DNA from: Marsupella aquatica
Taxonomy: Eukaryota > Plantae > Marchantiophyta
NCBI GenBank assembly: GCA_973895155.1
Contig: OZ316891.1
Span: 27,503,561-27,567,560, forward strand
Reading direction: 5' to 3'
Length of the DNA stretch: 64,000 nucleotides
Shown here: positions 41,121 through 52,693 of the stretch, one piece after another
How positions within the stretch are numbered: the stretch's first letter is position 1
Layout of the letters: each line of letters opens with the position of its first letter
Position numbers and translations under genes: made by a program
The notes under the pieces: generated by a model
Databases searched by the model: none
What the model was told of the DNA's origin: nothing
What the model saw: the letters and a program-made list of their open reading frames with translations, nothing else

Positions 41121-42643
41121 TGGGTTACCCGATGGACGACGAATCAGTTTCACTCAGAGTGGGGCGCAGTTTTGGCCAGTGAGATTGGTAGCAGTCAGCA
41201 GCACTGATTCAGACAGTAATTTGACGAGAACTCTGTGAGCAGTTATCCTTGTCTTCAGGTGATTGCACCTTTGTTGTGGGATATGGAAGAAATGTACGGG
41301 GCTACAAAGGGCCCACGACGATCCTCTGGTGCAGTTGGCACGATTGATCTAGATGACTTTATCCAGGAGTTCTATATGTGGTACGATATGCAGACATTGC
41401 GTAACGCCACGTTGTTTACCCCTTTCATGGCATGGAAGGGATTATTTCAGCATTTGGAGGGGCCACCCATGGATGACTACCATGAGTTTTGGAAGGCTCA
41501 TTTGGTTGAAATTGAGGCATGGAGGCAGCATTGGTCACCTAATTACGTGTCCATCACCTATGGCACTAGTGCAGCTGCCCAACACATTGCCATAGCTGCT
41601 GCTTCTTCTAGCAGCTCTAGCCAGAGTGGCACACCATCCACCAGTAGCACTCCAGCAGCATCCACCGCTACCCGTGCCAGTGTGATTATGACAGGGACTA
41701 GAGCTGCACCAACATTTAACCCTGCGGTGGAATTCTTTGAGGTACTGAAGTAGAACTATCAGGGTGTGAGAACTGATAAGTTGAAGGGTCTCCAGGAGTT
41801 TCAGCGCAAGACTAGAGAGAGTCTACGGGAGGCATACACTTGTATGCGCAGATTGATCACTGTCACCAAGGGAGTGATAGAGGCTCAAGCAGTCCAGTTT
41901 TGGTATGCAATTCTGGATAGAGAGTTGGGACGCAGAGTGAGAGATGTCACTCTGCTTAGTTAGGGATGCAGATCCCACATTAGCAGTTATTTTTACCCTT
42001 TCTGAGCGCATTGATCTCAATATGGTGAATGAGAAGGTGATGACTTGTGGATTTTCCAAGGAAGCACCAAAGGCTACATCTACATCTACACCACAGCCTA
42101 TTGCACGGAAGAGCCAGAGGGAGAAGCCTACTGCACGAGAGTCTATCAGCCAAAGACCTGTGCCCTCTTATGCTGGACAACAGTCAAGATGTTGGACCTG
42201 TGGTGGGGATCATACACAGAGATATTGCCCAGATCATAGAGGATTAGGGGGAGCATCAGCGCCTGATCAGCTACAGTGTGATCATTGTGGAGCCCCTGGA
42301 CACGCCAAGGATAGGTGTTTCTCACTCCACCCTGAGTTACGAAGGGGAGGATCCCGTACACATGATCAGGGAAGAGGAGGAGGAGTTAGAGGTGGTGGAC
42401 GTGGTCGTGGCATGCCACATGCAGGGAGATAGGGAGGTGACGCTGCCTCTGCTATAACCATAGATCCAAAGGATGCTAAGATTGCTCAATTGGAGCAACA
42501 GCTAGCTGCCATGGCTAGTTCCCAGGTGAGACCTACTTCTGGTGATGGGGCATCTACATCCTATGGACCTTTCACATCCCATCGTCCTTCCACATCTTAT
42601 GGAGCTGATGGAGACCTTGCCACCATGGGATTCATGTGTGGCC

Positions 42644-42940
42644 CTCGGGGGTCTCACTATATGGGGACCTCCCCATCGCCTGCGACGTTTTTAGGCCTCG
42701 GACCCCCTAAAATGTAAGAAAAAAATATTATTTTTTAACCCCTATAAAGTTGGAATATTCTTGGAATATTCTAAAATTTGGATGAAAAAGACCCTTATAT
42801 TCTTATAAGTCTCAAAATTGAATTTAAAAGACCCTATTGTTCTTCTACAAAAATTCTTAAGTCTTCCCTTAGAACCAATAAAATGACCCTATCCTTCGTC
42901 GCACGTGATATGCCATTTTTGTGGAAGTGAGACCCCCGAG
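42644..42940. mobile_element. hAT-type MITE (297 bp) inserted in the retroelement gag-PR linker
   Basis: Perfect 15-bp TIRs CTCGGGGGTCTCACT / AGTGAGACCCCCGAG; 8-bp TSD GTGTGGCC (42636-42643 and 42941-42948). Excision restores the frame MGFMCG-LAHIDASAALTRG. Confidence 0.93.
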
Positions 42941-43528
42941 GTGTGGCCTTGCACATATTGATGCATCAGCAGCTTTGACACGTGGGGCAGTCAAAGCTCT
43001 TGAGCCTCGAGGAGTAGTAGTGGAGCTAGATCCATAGAGGGGGGATGCACGTCGGTAGACAAAGCTTCCTCAATCTTTTACATTGTCAGAGACAGTTCAG
43101 ACTGCCTCTATGAACCCGGTTCGGACAAACCTTGGTGTGGGTAAGTTGGCAGAATCAGGTAGTGATGCAGTAGGGATGACAGGTACTCTGTTGGGGGCGG
43201 CTACTGCCATAATACGCACCCCATTATTTTCATCAACAGGCATGCTAAACTTGGGAGTTGGTCCTACAGAAGTGTTCAGATTGGCAGCTACACTCTGTGA
43301 GGACACTCCAGTGCTTGCTTCCCATGCAGAAGCAGCTTCCAGTGTTGAAGCAATGAAGACCATACCACCTACTGCTACTAGTGAGACATGGCATGCAGCA
43401 GCAGCAAGGTTGGTGGATTTACCAGCACGCTTTGCATTTGAATGAGAGGACTAGATTTAAACCTAGTGTTATGTCATTGGATAATCAGAGTGGTATCTTC
43501 CGATTAGTTGGGCCTTCTGGGGCAGTAT

Positions 43529-46500
43529 TGTGATGCCTTGCCAGGATCACGAAGTAATAACTTAGCCTAAAAAAATGGCTAAAATATGATAGATAGAGAG
43601 TATAAGGTAACAATAAAGGCCGATGCCAATTTCTAAGTGGAGATGATAAAGGACAGGATCCAACGGTTGAGATCCAGCGGGATTAGAGTTATGACCTAAT
43701 CCATGCTTGATCACAAGGACCCCTAAGTGGCGGCTTTGGAGTAAGGTGACCAATTCTCTGCCATTTCGCATTCTCGTGTACACGGTTTTGACATTGAGGA
43801 GCGATTGTCAGTCGAGTGCATGTGGTGGATTGGCATTCGGTGGAATGAACACGGTGAATCAGGCAGGGAAGTTTTGGGGCTATTTGCTTGAAGAAGCAAG
43901 GCAGCTGATACCTATGTATGAAGACGTTGAGCCGGAGCGCGCAGCCAGAGAACAAGCGGAGCTTGCGCGATTGTGGGGAATTCACAAGACGGGATACGTA
44001 GATACGGAGGAGGTGTTGGACAAGTTCTCGTGGACACCCACCAGTGCGGAGCTTGACGAATTGCTGATTCGAGAGAATAAGGTCGTGGGGATTAGGGAGG
44101 CAATCAAGAACGCAGGGCAGCCACTTTGGGAGTTGAAGGGTCACACTGCGAAGTGGACGAAAGAAGCTATTCTCGGGGAGTATTCAGGCGCTGAAGAGAT
44201 GAAGCGCAAGGGAGGTTCGGCATCCGCCACTCCAGCAAAGCGAACTAGGTCGGAGAGACCAATCAAGATGGAAGCCGGGCCAGTTAGAAATTGGGCTAAG
44301 GAGTATGGAGACATGTGTGGACTCTTAGCCTTAGAAATCTTCGGTAACGAGTTGGAATCCGGGCCATTTCTTAGAAAAGATGTGGCTGATCAAACGAGAC
44401 TGGAGGAGGCAATGACGTTAGAGCAGTTCAAGAAGGAAGAGGTAATCGCTCGGCTTCGCTCCATGGAAGCCGAAGTTGCTAAGACAAAGTCTGGACAACC
44501 AACTCAGCAGGATCTCTTGGCCAAGCAGCAGGAATTAGAATTGGCCAACAACCAATTGGAAAACTACCAATTGGATAACCAACAGATCAAGGAAAAATTG
44601 ACAAAGGTAGAGCTGGAGTTAGCCAATTCAAAAGCAGAAGTAGAGGGTCTAAATCGCCAAGTCGAGAGGCTCAAAAAGACGGCTAAGGATCAGGCCACCC
44701 AGAGCGAGAAGGCCTTGGCAGAAGCCCAAAGGAAGTATGACAAGTTACTCGACCGGTTGGATACCATGCGTGAGAAGCATGATGACGCCATGTGCAATGC
44801 GGCCAATGATCACCTAAACCGGGTTCAACAAATACACAAGGAGCTACAGGAGGAGCTAACCAGGACAAAGCAGGCATGGACGGACGAGGTCACAAAGCTG
44901 GAAGGCATCAACGACTCCTTGAAAGCAGTCGTAGATAAGCAAGAGCTGGAGATCGTGCAGATCTTGAATGAGGAGCTGAAGATGGTCAGGTCCGAGATAC
45001 AACGGCTTAACAATGAAGTTGAAGACGTATCTCAAGAATTGGAGGAGGCCCAAGGATAAGATACTCGGGTTGCAGAAGCGTGCCGACAATCAAACGGAGA
45101 AATTGAAGAAGTATGCCAAAGCGGGATATGGGTCACCAACTGAAAGGCTTCCCGTCAGTAGTATGGTAGGCAGAAATAAAGTGAAGCCGAGTCCAAAGCC
45201 GAGCTCACTATTGTCAAGTGTGACTGGAGAGCAAAGCCATGCAGTTGGTGGCAGATTTGGCAAAGACGTTCATGGGGCCAGGCGATAATAAGGTTAAGCC
45301 CCTTAAAGCCACTTCGGAGGAAGTTGAGAGCATGGCCGCTCACATTTGTGGTACTGTGGCCCTGAAGGCAGCTGTGGTAGAGATAAGTACTGCGGATCAA
45401 CTTGGAGCTGCGGTAACAGGTTTAGACGATGATATTGTTTCTATGGACGCCCAGAACGTGAAGCCGTGGGTTATCGAGACCAAGCAAATCGGGGTGCAGG
45501 CTTGGATTGAGGAAGTTAAGGCAAAAGCTCTCCAAGCCATTTCTCAGGAGGATGCCAATGCAGCAGCCGATGCCGGGGCCGACAAACCAGAACCCAAAAT
45601 TGAGGAAGCCGAAGGGGTCAAGCCGGAGCCGATGGCAGAAGAAGGTGCAGAGTCGGAAGATTCGGACTTACCCCCGGGCATCTGACAATTAAGGAGGGCC
45701 AGTCATCGGTTGGAAGGAGGACGTGGCGGCAGGAGAAGGGCTTGGGCCAGAAGGGCGCGGCCGTTGTAGGATGGGACAGGGCAAGTAGCGCCCTGTCGGG
45801 ATAGGTAGTATTAGATGCTCGGTTCACACAGGGTTCCGGGCTAGTCAAGTTTTTTAGGTGATAGTTGTTTAGTAGGATCATCGCGGGGAAGGCCGTGAGT
45901 TGTGGTTAGGATTTCCGCCTTTCTCTTGAATGCGCTGCAAGGATAAAAACCTGGGAAGCGTGGCTCGGGGGCTTTTTCTTAGTCAAGGCTTTAGTGTAAA
46001 TCTGTATTGTTGTGTACAGGAAGCTCTCGGCTAAATCTAGACCGCAGGGTATCAATAAACCACCAGTTCCATTGGATTTCTAGCAATTGTTTGAATTGAG
46101 TTGGCCTCGTTGCATAGTTCGCAGATTCTTACCATCCAAGGAAGTTGAGTGTTATGATATCTGTTGCTTGATCGATTAAAGTCAGATAGGGTGAACTGTT
46201 GAGAAAAATACAATTGCATTGTCTTGATTGGAGACTGCCCAATCAAACTCTGAGAGAAAAGTGAGGATTGAGAGTGTTTAGTCGGTGAAGTGTGGGTTGA
46301 GTCAGTCTGAAAAAGACCTTCAGCCGGCTTAAGAAATTAAGCCGTAGGGATACATTCCGGGGGCGGAATACAAATATACCTGAAGAAGTTAAAGAGGAAT
46401 TAGGTGTCTCAGTTGTGTACAATTCACAAGCCCAGTGAAAGAATCGGTCCAGTAAGTGTGGATCAAAGGAGAGGATCGCGTTTCCAAACCAAATAGCTGC

Positions 46501-46588
46501 TAGACGGCAAGAGGACGGACATAAACGAGTGGTTTATGATCGACTAAGGGTAGTTCTTGGGGTTAGAGGTCTTGGAAAACGTGCCACA
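43529..46588. mobile_element. 3060-bp solo-LTR-like insertion (TG..CA, 5-bp TSD) carrying a coiled-coil ORF
   Basis: Begins TGTGAT and ends GCCACA; TSD AGTAT (43524-43528 and 46589-46593). Excision restores the host frame GPSGAV-Y-QPERVLLDTGAQ. Confidence 0.85.
43707..45685 (+). pseudogene. Coiled-coil protein of unknown function inside the 3-kb insertion (frameshifted, ~600 aa originally)
   Basis: 450-aa ORF 43707-45059 with a long E/K/L/Q heptad region, continuing by frameshift (KDKILGLQKRADNQTEKLKKYAK) into ORF 45239-45685, which has an acidic tail. Confidence 0.65.
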
Positions 46589-46593
46589 AGTAT

Positions 46594-46930
46594 ACCAGCC
46601 AGAGAGAGTGTTACTGGATACTGGTGCTCAGCCCTTGATGTTGGTTAAGTTTGCCATACGTGGATTGGGATTGCGTCCAGAGGATTTGGAGGATTGTCCC
46701 TTTCCCATTCAGACTTCATTGGGGGGACCTACACCTACACAACACATTACCAGGAGACCTCTTGATTTGAGGATTCAGGAAGGTCATACCACAGATAGCT
46801 CACAGATATAGGCGCAAGTTATTCTGACTAAGGTAGATTCATATGATCAATGTGTTGGTGGGATGTATAGTGCTCTACCCCATGGGATTTATTCTTGATT
46901 TTTGGGATGAATCAGTGTCATATAGACAGT
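46594..46930 (+). pseudogene. Retropepsin-like aspartic protease of the DNMT retroelement
   Basis: RVLLDTGAQPLML active-site motif, flap-like PIQTSLGG, and C-terminal VLVG..LYPMGFILDF; stop at 46809-46811 and a frameshift near 46845. Confidence 0.8.
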
Positions 46931-47303
46931 CAGGAGATGCTCAATTGAGCAAATTTCCAGTGAGATTTAGTGGACCTATGGGAGGCCCTAAATCCACACC
47001 ATTATCTTTGGCAGCATTCAGTGATGTAATTGCTAGACCTGATGATTTGATTGAGGGCAATGCGCATGCAATAGATGTTCCACCATTGGAGGAGTCTAAT
47101 GAGGAGCATATCATGCGAGGATTCCTATTGGCAGTGTTGTGCCACCAGTGTGGGGCACTGCATAGGCCTTGCCACAGGCAACAACACGATTGGTACATGA
47201 GGCATGGCGTCATGCTTTTACACCATAGTCAGGAGCAGAGCAGTCTCTTGCAGATGGACCTATGACTCTTTCACCATTGGATACCACTCCTATTGCTTGG
47301 TAG

Positions 47304-48026
47304 TATCCATCAGAGGGTATTTGTTTGTTGGATCTTTTTGGTGGGATTAGCACTGGATTGGCTGTTGTTCTTCAGGCAGGAATTCCTGTGCATGGTTATT
47401 TGTATGTGAAGACAGATGAGACAGCACGGAGGGTCTCATTGCGACATGTGGCTATGTTGGTGGATAGATATCCACAGTTGCTGCCAGTGGATGCTGTTCG
47501 TGGTTATCAGCATGCACTACCTGCTGATATTTCATTGCTGGGGGTGAATCATCTGCATCATGTTGGCCCCATTGATTTGGTGATTGCTGGTTGGCCATGT
47601 CAGGGCCAATCTAGAGTTGGCGTTGGGCATGGACTTCATGATCCACGCTCTGCATTATTTTGGGAGATGTTACGGGTGCTGCGTCATCTCCAGCTACATC
47701 AGACACAGTCTCCAGCATACATTTTGGAGAATGTGCCATTATTAGGTGATGATCGTAGTCGGATTGTTGCCAGTGTTCACCAAGTGAGGTCTTGGATTGG
47801 ACCTACTGTGTTATTGGATGTTGTACGTGTGGGTTCTCGTGCACATCAACCACGCTTGTGGTGGACTAATTTGATCCCATGTGAGGTGCTGAAGCGCGCA
47901 TTTGACAACATTCCACGCTCACTAGCCTTAGTGGTGGATGATATTTTGGATCCAGGGCGTCGTGCACAGGGTGTGACCCGACCTGATAGACCTCCATTGG
48001 CAGTGGTCAATGCAGTTGGGCACCCA
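47304..48026 (+). pseudogene. C5 cytosine DNA methyltransferase domain, DNMT3/DRM-like, retroelement-borne, 3'-truncated
   Basis: Motif I LDLFGGISTG, motif IV DLVIAGWPCQG (catalytic Cys intact), GLHDPRSALF, motif VI YILENV, motif VIII RAHQPRLWWTN (compare DNMT3 AHRARYFWGN). Intronless; motifs IX and X are missing. Confidence 0.9.
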
Positions 48027-48504
48027 CATTGTTGGTTTCATCATATAGATTTCCAAATCCACTCCATACCACCCAAAAATCCTTCAGTAGCACATTTGCC
48101 TTTCTGTTTGTAATGTCATGCCTTTGAATACCTGTGTCAAAGGCTTCCACCTGTGTGAATACAAACTTAAAATTCAACCGCTCCTCAGCAGTGAACATCA
48201 TGTTCAATATTTTCACTGTTCGTTGTACCCCAGCACATGTCCAAATCGCAATGTCAAATTGGTCAAAAACCAACTTTAGAAACTCGTGGAGCCCTAGCCT
48301 TTCTGTATACATGCGACTAATTTCATTTTTTCTATTGCAATGTACTCCACTTGGGGTCACAACATTTCTGGATTTGCCCTTGCTTTGGAATTCAACCGAA
48401 TCCCAAAGTATTTGCTTAAGATCCAAAATCAGCAATTTGTGCTTGATGGAACAAGGTCTTGGTTTTGCAAGTGCAACAAATATCAATCTTAGAGAAAAAA
48501 CCAC
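48027..48504 (-). pseudogene. FCP1/NIF-like HAD phosphatase domain fragment
   Basis: KLLILDLKQIL (degenerate DxD), R.GLHEFL..VFDQFDIAIWT, LLKDF..VW and YDETN; cut off just before the expected C-terminal DD motif. Confidence 0.65.
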
Positions 48505-49029
48505 ATTAGAGGCCTAAATACTCTAAACTTGATGTGACTGAGAGTGCACGGTATATAAACTGTTTTATGTCCACTAAGACATGGGAACGCGATCCAGGGT
48601 TTGGTGAGAACACTCAACATTGGCAATATGCAAATTCTGCAATGTCTGGTTTTAAATCTGGAATGAAAGAAGAAAACATGGCGGGCAGAGGTTTGAAGAT
48701 TCCTTGAAATGTTCTACAAACTGTCCAAAGTTATCTCCAAAGGATGGACAAGTAGACTTAGTTGTTACTAGCAAACTCAAGGTATAATTAGATAGTTACT
48801 AGTTTTATGTAACTAAGATAATCACTCATTCTAACATAGTAAGTTACGTACTAGTTATTTACTATTCTAATAGTTTTATTGTGAGACCATGCCATTGAGT
48901 GTTAGTTATACTATCTCCTCATTTTCTAAAGGTTTGATCATTATGAATATGAATGTTTATTTTTTTTGTATAAATAAAAATATTTTTATTCATTCCTTCC
49001 TTTTAAATGATTATAATAAGAGTTTCTAG

Positions 49030-49510
49030 GAAAATGTACACTTTTTAGACCAAATGTACACTTTGTTGCACTAAAAGCTACACTAAAAGCTTCACTTAAA
49101 TTTTAGACCAAATGCACTTAAATGTACACTTTTAAAGCCAAATGTATGCATTTTTCACTCAAATGTACACTTTTTAGGCCAACTGTATTCAAATGACACT
49201 TTTAAAGCCAAATATACCTATTTTGATGTTCAAATATACACTTTTCATTGCCAAAATGTACACTTTCAGACCAATTGTACACTTTTAGACCAATTGTACA
49301 CTTTTCTATCCCCAAATATACACTTTTTCAAGCCCAAAAGTACACTTTTCATTGCCTAATATAAATAAATCAAATAATAATACACTTTTAATGAATAGGC
49401 TGATATATATGATCTGTCATGTATACACTTTCCACGTTGTATTCAGATTTCACATTTAGAAAAAAAAAGTTATCCCTCCAACTTTATGAAGACGCCCCCC
49501 CCCCCCCCCT
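49030..49510. repeat. AT-rich subterminal-type repeat array (aaatgtacacttt units), inverted homolog of 37356-37650
   Basis: Many ~20-bp ccaaatgtacactttt units versus aaaagtgtatatttggg at 37417-37457; cacgttgtattca..gaagacgccccc (49432-49500) is the reverse complement of 37577-37625. Confidence 0.65.
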
Positions 49511-51316
49511 AAAGCTTGCCATTTTACACTTTGCACATTGTATTCATATTTCATCCAACATTGTGGTCCTTGTATACAGTGATGTCAATGTATACATTCA
49601 TGATCTAATTGTGAGGCTCTCAGCCTCCCATCCCTTGACATGAGGCAACCCCGCCCCGTGCTTGGAAAGGGTTTTAATTACAACAGCAGGGTGCTTCTAT
49701 CAACCACTAGTGGAGGGCAATGGGAGAAACCTTGTCACCAACTATATATGCCAAATAATGATAGATATCATGTGTACGTAGCTTTCTTCAAAGGGTCCAA
49801 GGATAGATTAGTTCGAGCATGGCTGGGTGACCCTGGTAATTACACTGAGCCTTCTTCCCCAGCAATGCGGGCCCTGCACCAGTGTTGTGTTTGTCCTTTC
49901 CATCACCAAGAATGCAAATCCCACTTGGTCTAGCTTCAACCCCAGCTTTCAAACCCCAAACCCAATACCATTGTGTAAGTTGGGCAGTTGAATGGTAGGG
50001 CTGGATGTTGGAGAGATTAACCAAAGGTTGGAGGAAGATATGCAAAATTTTGCCATTGGAGGATTAACCCGTTCCACGTATGTCATAAGGGGTACACAAA
50101 GGAGGTGGGTAAGCAAGATATCACAAGGTTACCCGAATTGAAGGAATCCAACTCCCACCAAAGTAACCTACGGAGTAGGCTCGGGTGTAGGTTTTACATT
50201 TTCAGGGCTGCCCAAAGCAAACTTCACAATCATCGATTATATTATTTATATACGCCTTTACATCTACAAACAGTGCAGCCATGCAAAATCTACGCCGCGT
50301 ACTCTTCGAAAATGCAGGCACAGGGAACAACCACGCATCCATCATTGTCTGGCTGCAGACAATCATTTGATGCTCGAAGAAACACTACGCTCACATATTT
50401 CATGACAACTTTAGGACTTTAAATAATTCAGACATGGAAGCTAAGCCAAAGCGCTGAAGGAATGAATGTTGATATGATACACATAAAAGAGACATCCCAC
50501 AGAGGATCACCGAGTTGCACACGTCCGGAAGATCCGGACCTGGGTTTTCCCTTCGCCTCCCTAGATTTCCGGGAAAAAAGCTCGCAGCACTGCATACAAA
50601 AATACCATACGGGTCTGAACTCTACGTCTCTAGAGTGCTGCGAGAGCAGAAAGTTTGCAGAATTTGCTACAGTGTCAAGTCCATGCCACTCAACAACTCA
50701 AAAGGAAAGTGAGATGGCTAGCGGCACCAAACTAATGCACAGTCCAGACTGTAAACACGTCAGTTTCCTGCCTCCCAAAAGGCATTTTGCAAGGAGTTTT
50801 TGCGTCGTGGGGCTCTAAGCTCCTGACCAGCCGTGCCCCCGCACCATACGCTCCCACCCAACTTTGGGCTCACTCAGCCTCACGTGTCCATCTCACATCG
50901 ATATAAATTCCAGAGCCTTTGGCTTCGTTTCCCATCAACTGTCTCCAGGATTAGCAGTGCCTAGTCTGCTTAATTCCCAGCAGCAGGCTTCAAAATTTTC
51001 ACCCCTGTCGACTCGCACCCCGTCAATAGGCTCGAATTGATCCGATCACTCGCGCGTCAGCTTCTGAACGTCCTCACATTTATCGACACTCTCTTCATTA
51101 TTTTTGCTGCTGCCTCAGTCTCAAGTGAAGTGTGTTTCTGGCAGCTGATGACGGTTCCACAAACGCAGTGAACTGCTACGCTAACTTGGCTTTAGTCGAG
51201 GTATCGGAAAAGGAAACCGTCAACCGAGACATCGATTTCAGGGTACTTGCTAGCTGTGTACAGAGGAAAGGAGGCGCTAACATCTGAATTTCCGATCCCT
51301 CCTAGCTAGTCGCAAA

Positions 51317-52693
51317 ATGGCACCAGCGGCTTCAACTGTAGATGCTAGCAGCATGGGGGAAAGCGCTAACTTCAACCTCACCAGAGATGCTCCATCAGAA
51401 GGATGTGCGTCGGTGCTCGGCATTGGTACTGCTGTACCCCCAACCGTGCACACGCAAGACACGTATCCGGAATTCTTCTTCGACATCACCAACAGCAACG
51501 ACAAACCGGAGCTCAAGAAGAAATTCACGCGCATTTGTAAGGGTCTCGATCACCCAGTAATACAGATTGCTATATTTAACGTACACGGTAGTTGGTTGCA
51601 TTCTTAGCTGGGATCATCTTCAGAACTGTCATTCAGATGTCCTTTTCTACAAATAAGCTGAATCTAATTTCTTGGTTTCGAGTTGTGTTGCGCAGGTGAA
51701 CGATCCGGAATCAAGAAGAGGCATTTCTACATGACTGAAGAACGTCTGCGGGCGAACCCCACAATCCCCACATATTTGGAGCCATCGCTGAATATTCGAC
51801 AAGAGATCGCTATCGCCCAGGTGCCCAAGCTGGCGCAAGAGGCTGCAGTGAAGGCAATCAAGGAGTGGGGTGGAAAGAAGTCTGAGATCACTCATGTCGT
51901 TTTCGCCACGACCAGCGGGGTGAATATGCCGGGAGCAGACCACGCCGTGGCCAGGCTCCTTGGACTCCGCCCAACTGTGAGACGAGTGATGTTGTACCAA
52001 ATTGGCTGCTACGGAGGTGCAGCAGTCATGCGCATCGGTAAGGATTTGGCTGAGAACAACAAGGGAGCTCGTGTGTTGGTGATCGCAAGTGAGGTAACTT
52101 GCGTCACTTTCAGGGCTCCAAGCGAAACTCACGTTGACGGCCTGGTTGGATCGGCGTTGTTTGGCGACGGCGCTGCAGCTATCATCCTTGGTTCCGATCC
52201 CAGGCCCGGGATCGAGAGACCAATCTTCGAGATTAAGTGGGCAGGAGAAACCATCATCCCAGAGAGCGACGGTGCCATCGATGGGCATCTTACCGAAGCC
52301 GGGCTCATGTTCCACCTGTTGAAGGACGTTCCAGGACTGATCTCCAAGAACATCGAGAAGTTTCTGGTCGAAGCGAGGAAAGCGGTTGGGTCACCAGAGT
52401 GGAACGAGATGTTCTGGGCTGTGCACCCGGGCGGTCCCGCCATCCTCGACCAAGTGGAGGCCAAGCTTGGCTTGGACAAGACGAAGATGGGAGGGAGCCG
52501 AGATACTCTCTCGGATTACGGTAACATGTCGAGTGCAACCGTCCTGTTCGTGCTAGACAGAATCAGACAGCGTTCAATCGAGAAGGGCAGCAAGAACAGC
52601 GGGGAGGGCTCGGAGCATGGATTCGTAATTGGATTTGGTCCGGGGCTGACATTGGAGGTCTTGACTCTGAAGAGTCTTCCATTGGCTGTGTAG
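51317..52693 (+). CDS. CHS: Type III polyketide synthase (CHS/STCS family), copy 2
   Basis: Exons 51317-51536 and 51696-52693 (405 aa); Cys-His-Asn triad (GCYGG, HPGG, GNMSS) and GFGPG intact. Confidence 0.95.

Larger units (their letters stand above)
41282..48026 (+). mobile_element. Decayed, 3'-truncated retroelement: gag - aspartic protease - C5 DNA methyltransferase
   Basis: Gag-like ORFs (41235-41963), zinc knuckles CWTCGGDHTQRYC and CDHCGAPGHAKDRC (41944-42432), protease LLDTGAQ (46610-46630) and DNMT (47325-48026), all on the + strand and collinear once two nested insertions are removed. Confidence 0.85.

Noticed and set aside
47304-48026. Bacterial restriction-modification methylase (contamination or HGT), or host DRM/DNMT3 gene
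   Set aside because: It is embedded downstream of gag and protease, shares their decay pattern, lacks introns and host-type N-terminal domains, and has no partner endonuclease.
50462-50818. Conserved short ORFs upstream of PKS copies 2 and 3 (also 50105-50422, 58277-58943)
   Set aside because: Conservation is explained by the recent segmental duplication; starts differ and no domain is recognisable.
51647-52479. Antisense and alternate-frame ORFs over the PKS genes (also at 35479-36605 and 59845-61064)
   Set aside because: Shadow ORFs of GC-rich coding sequence; they recur only because the genes are recent duplicates.
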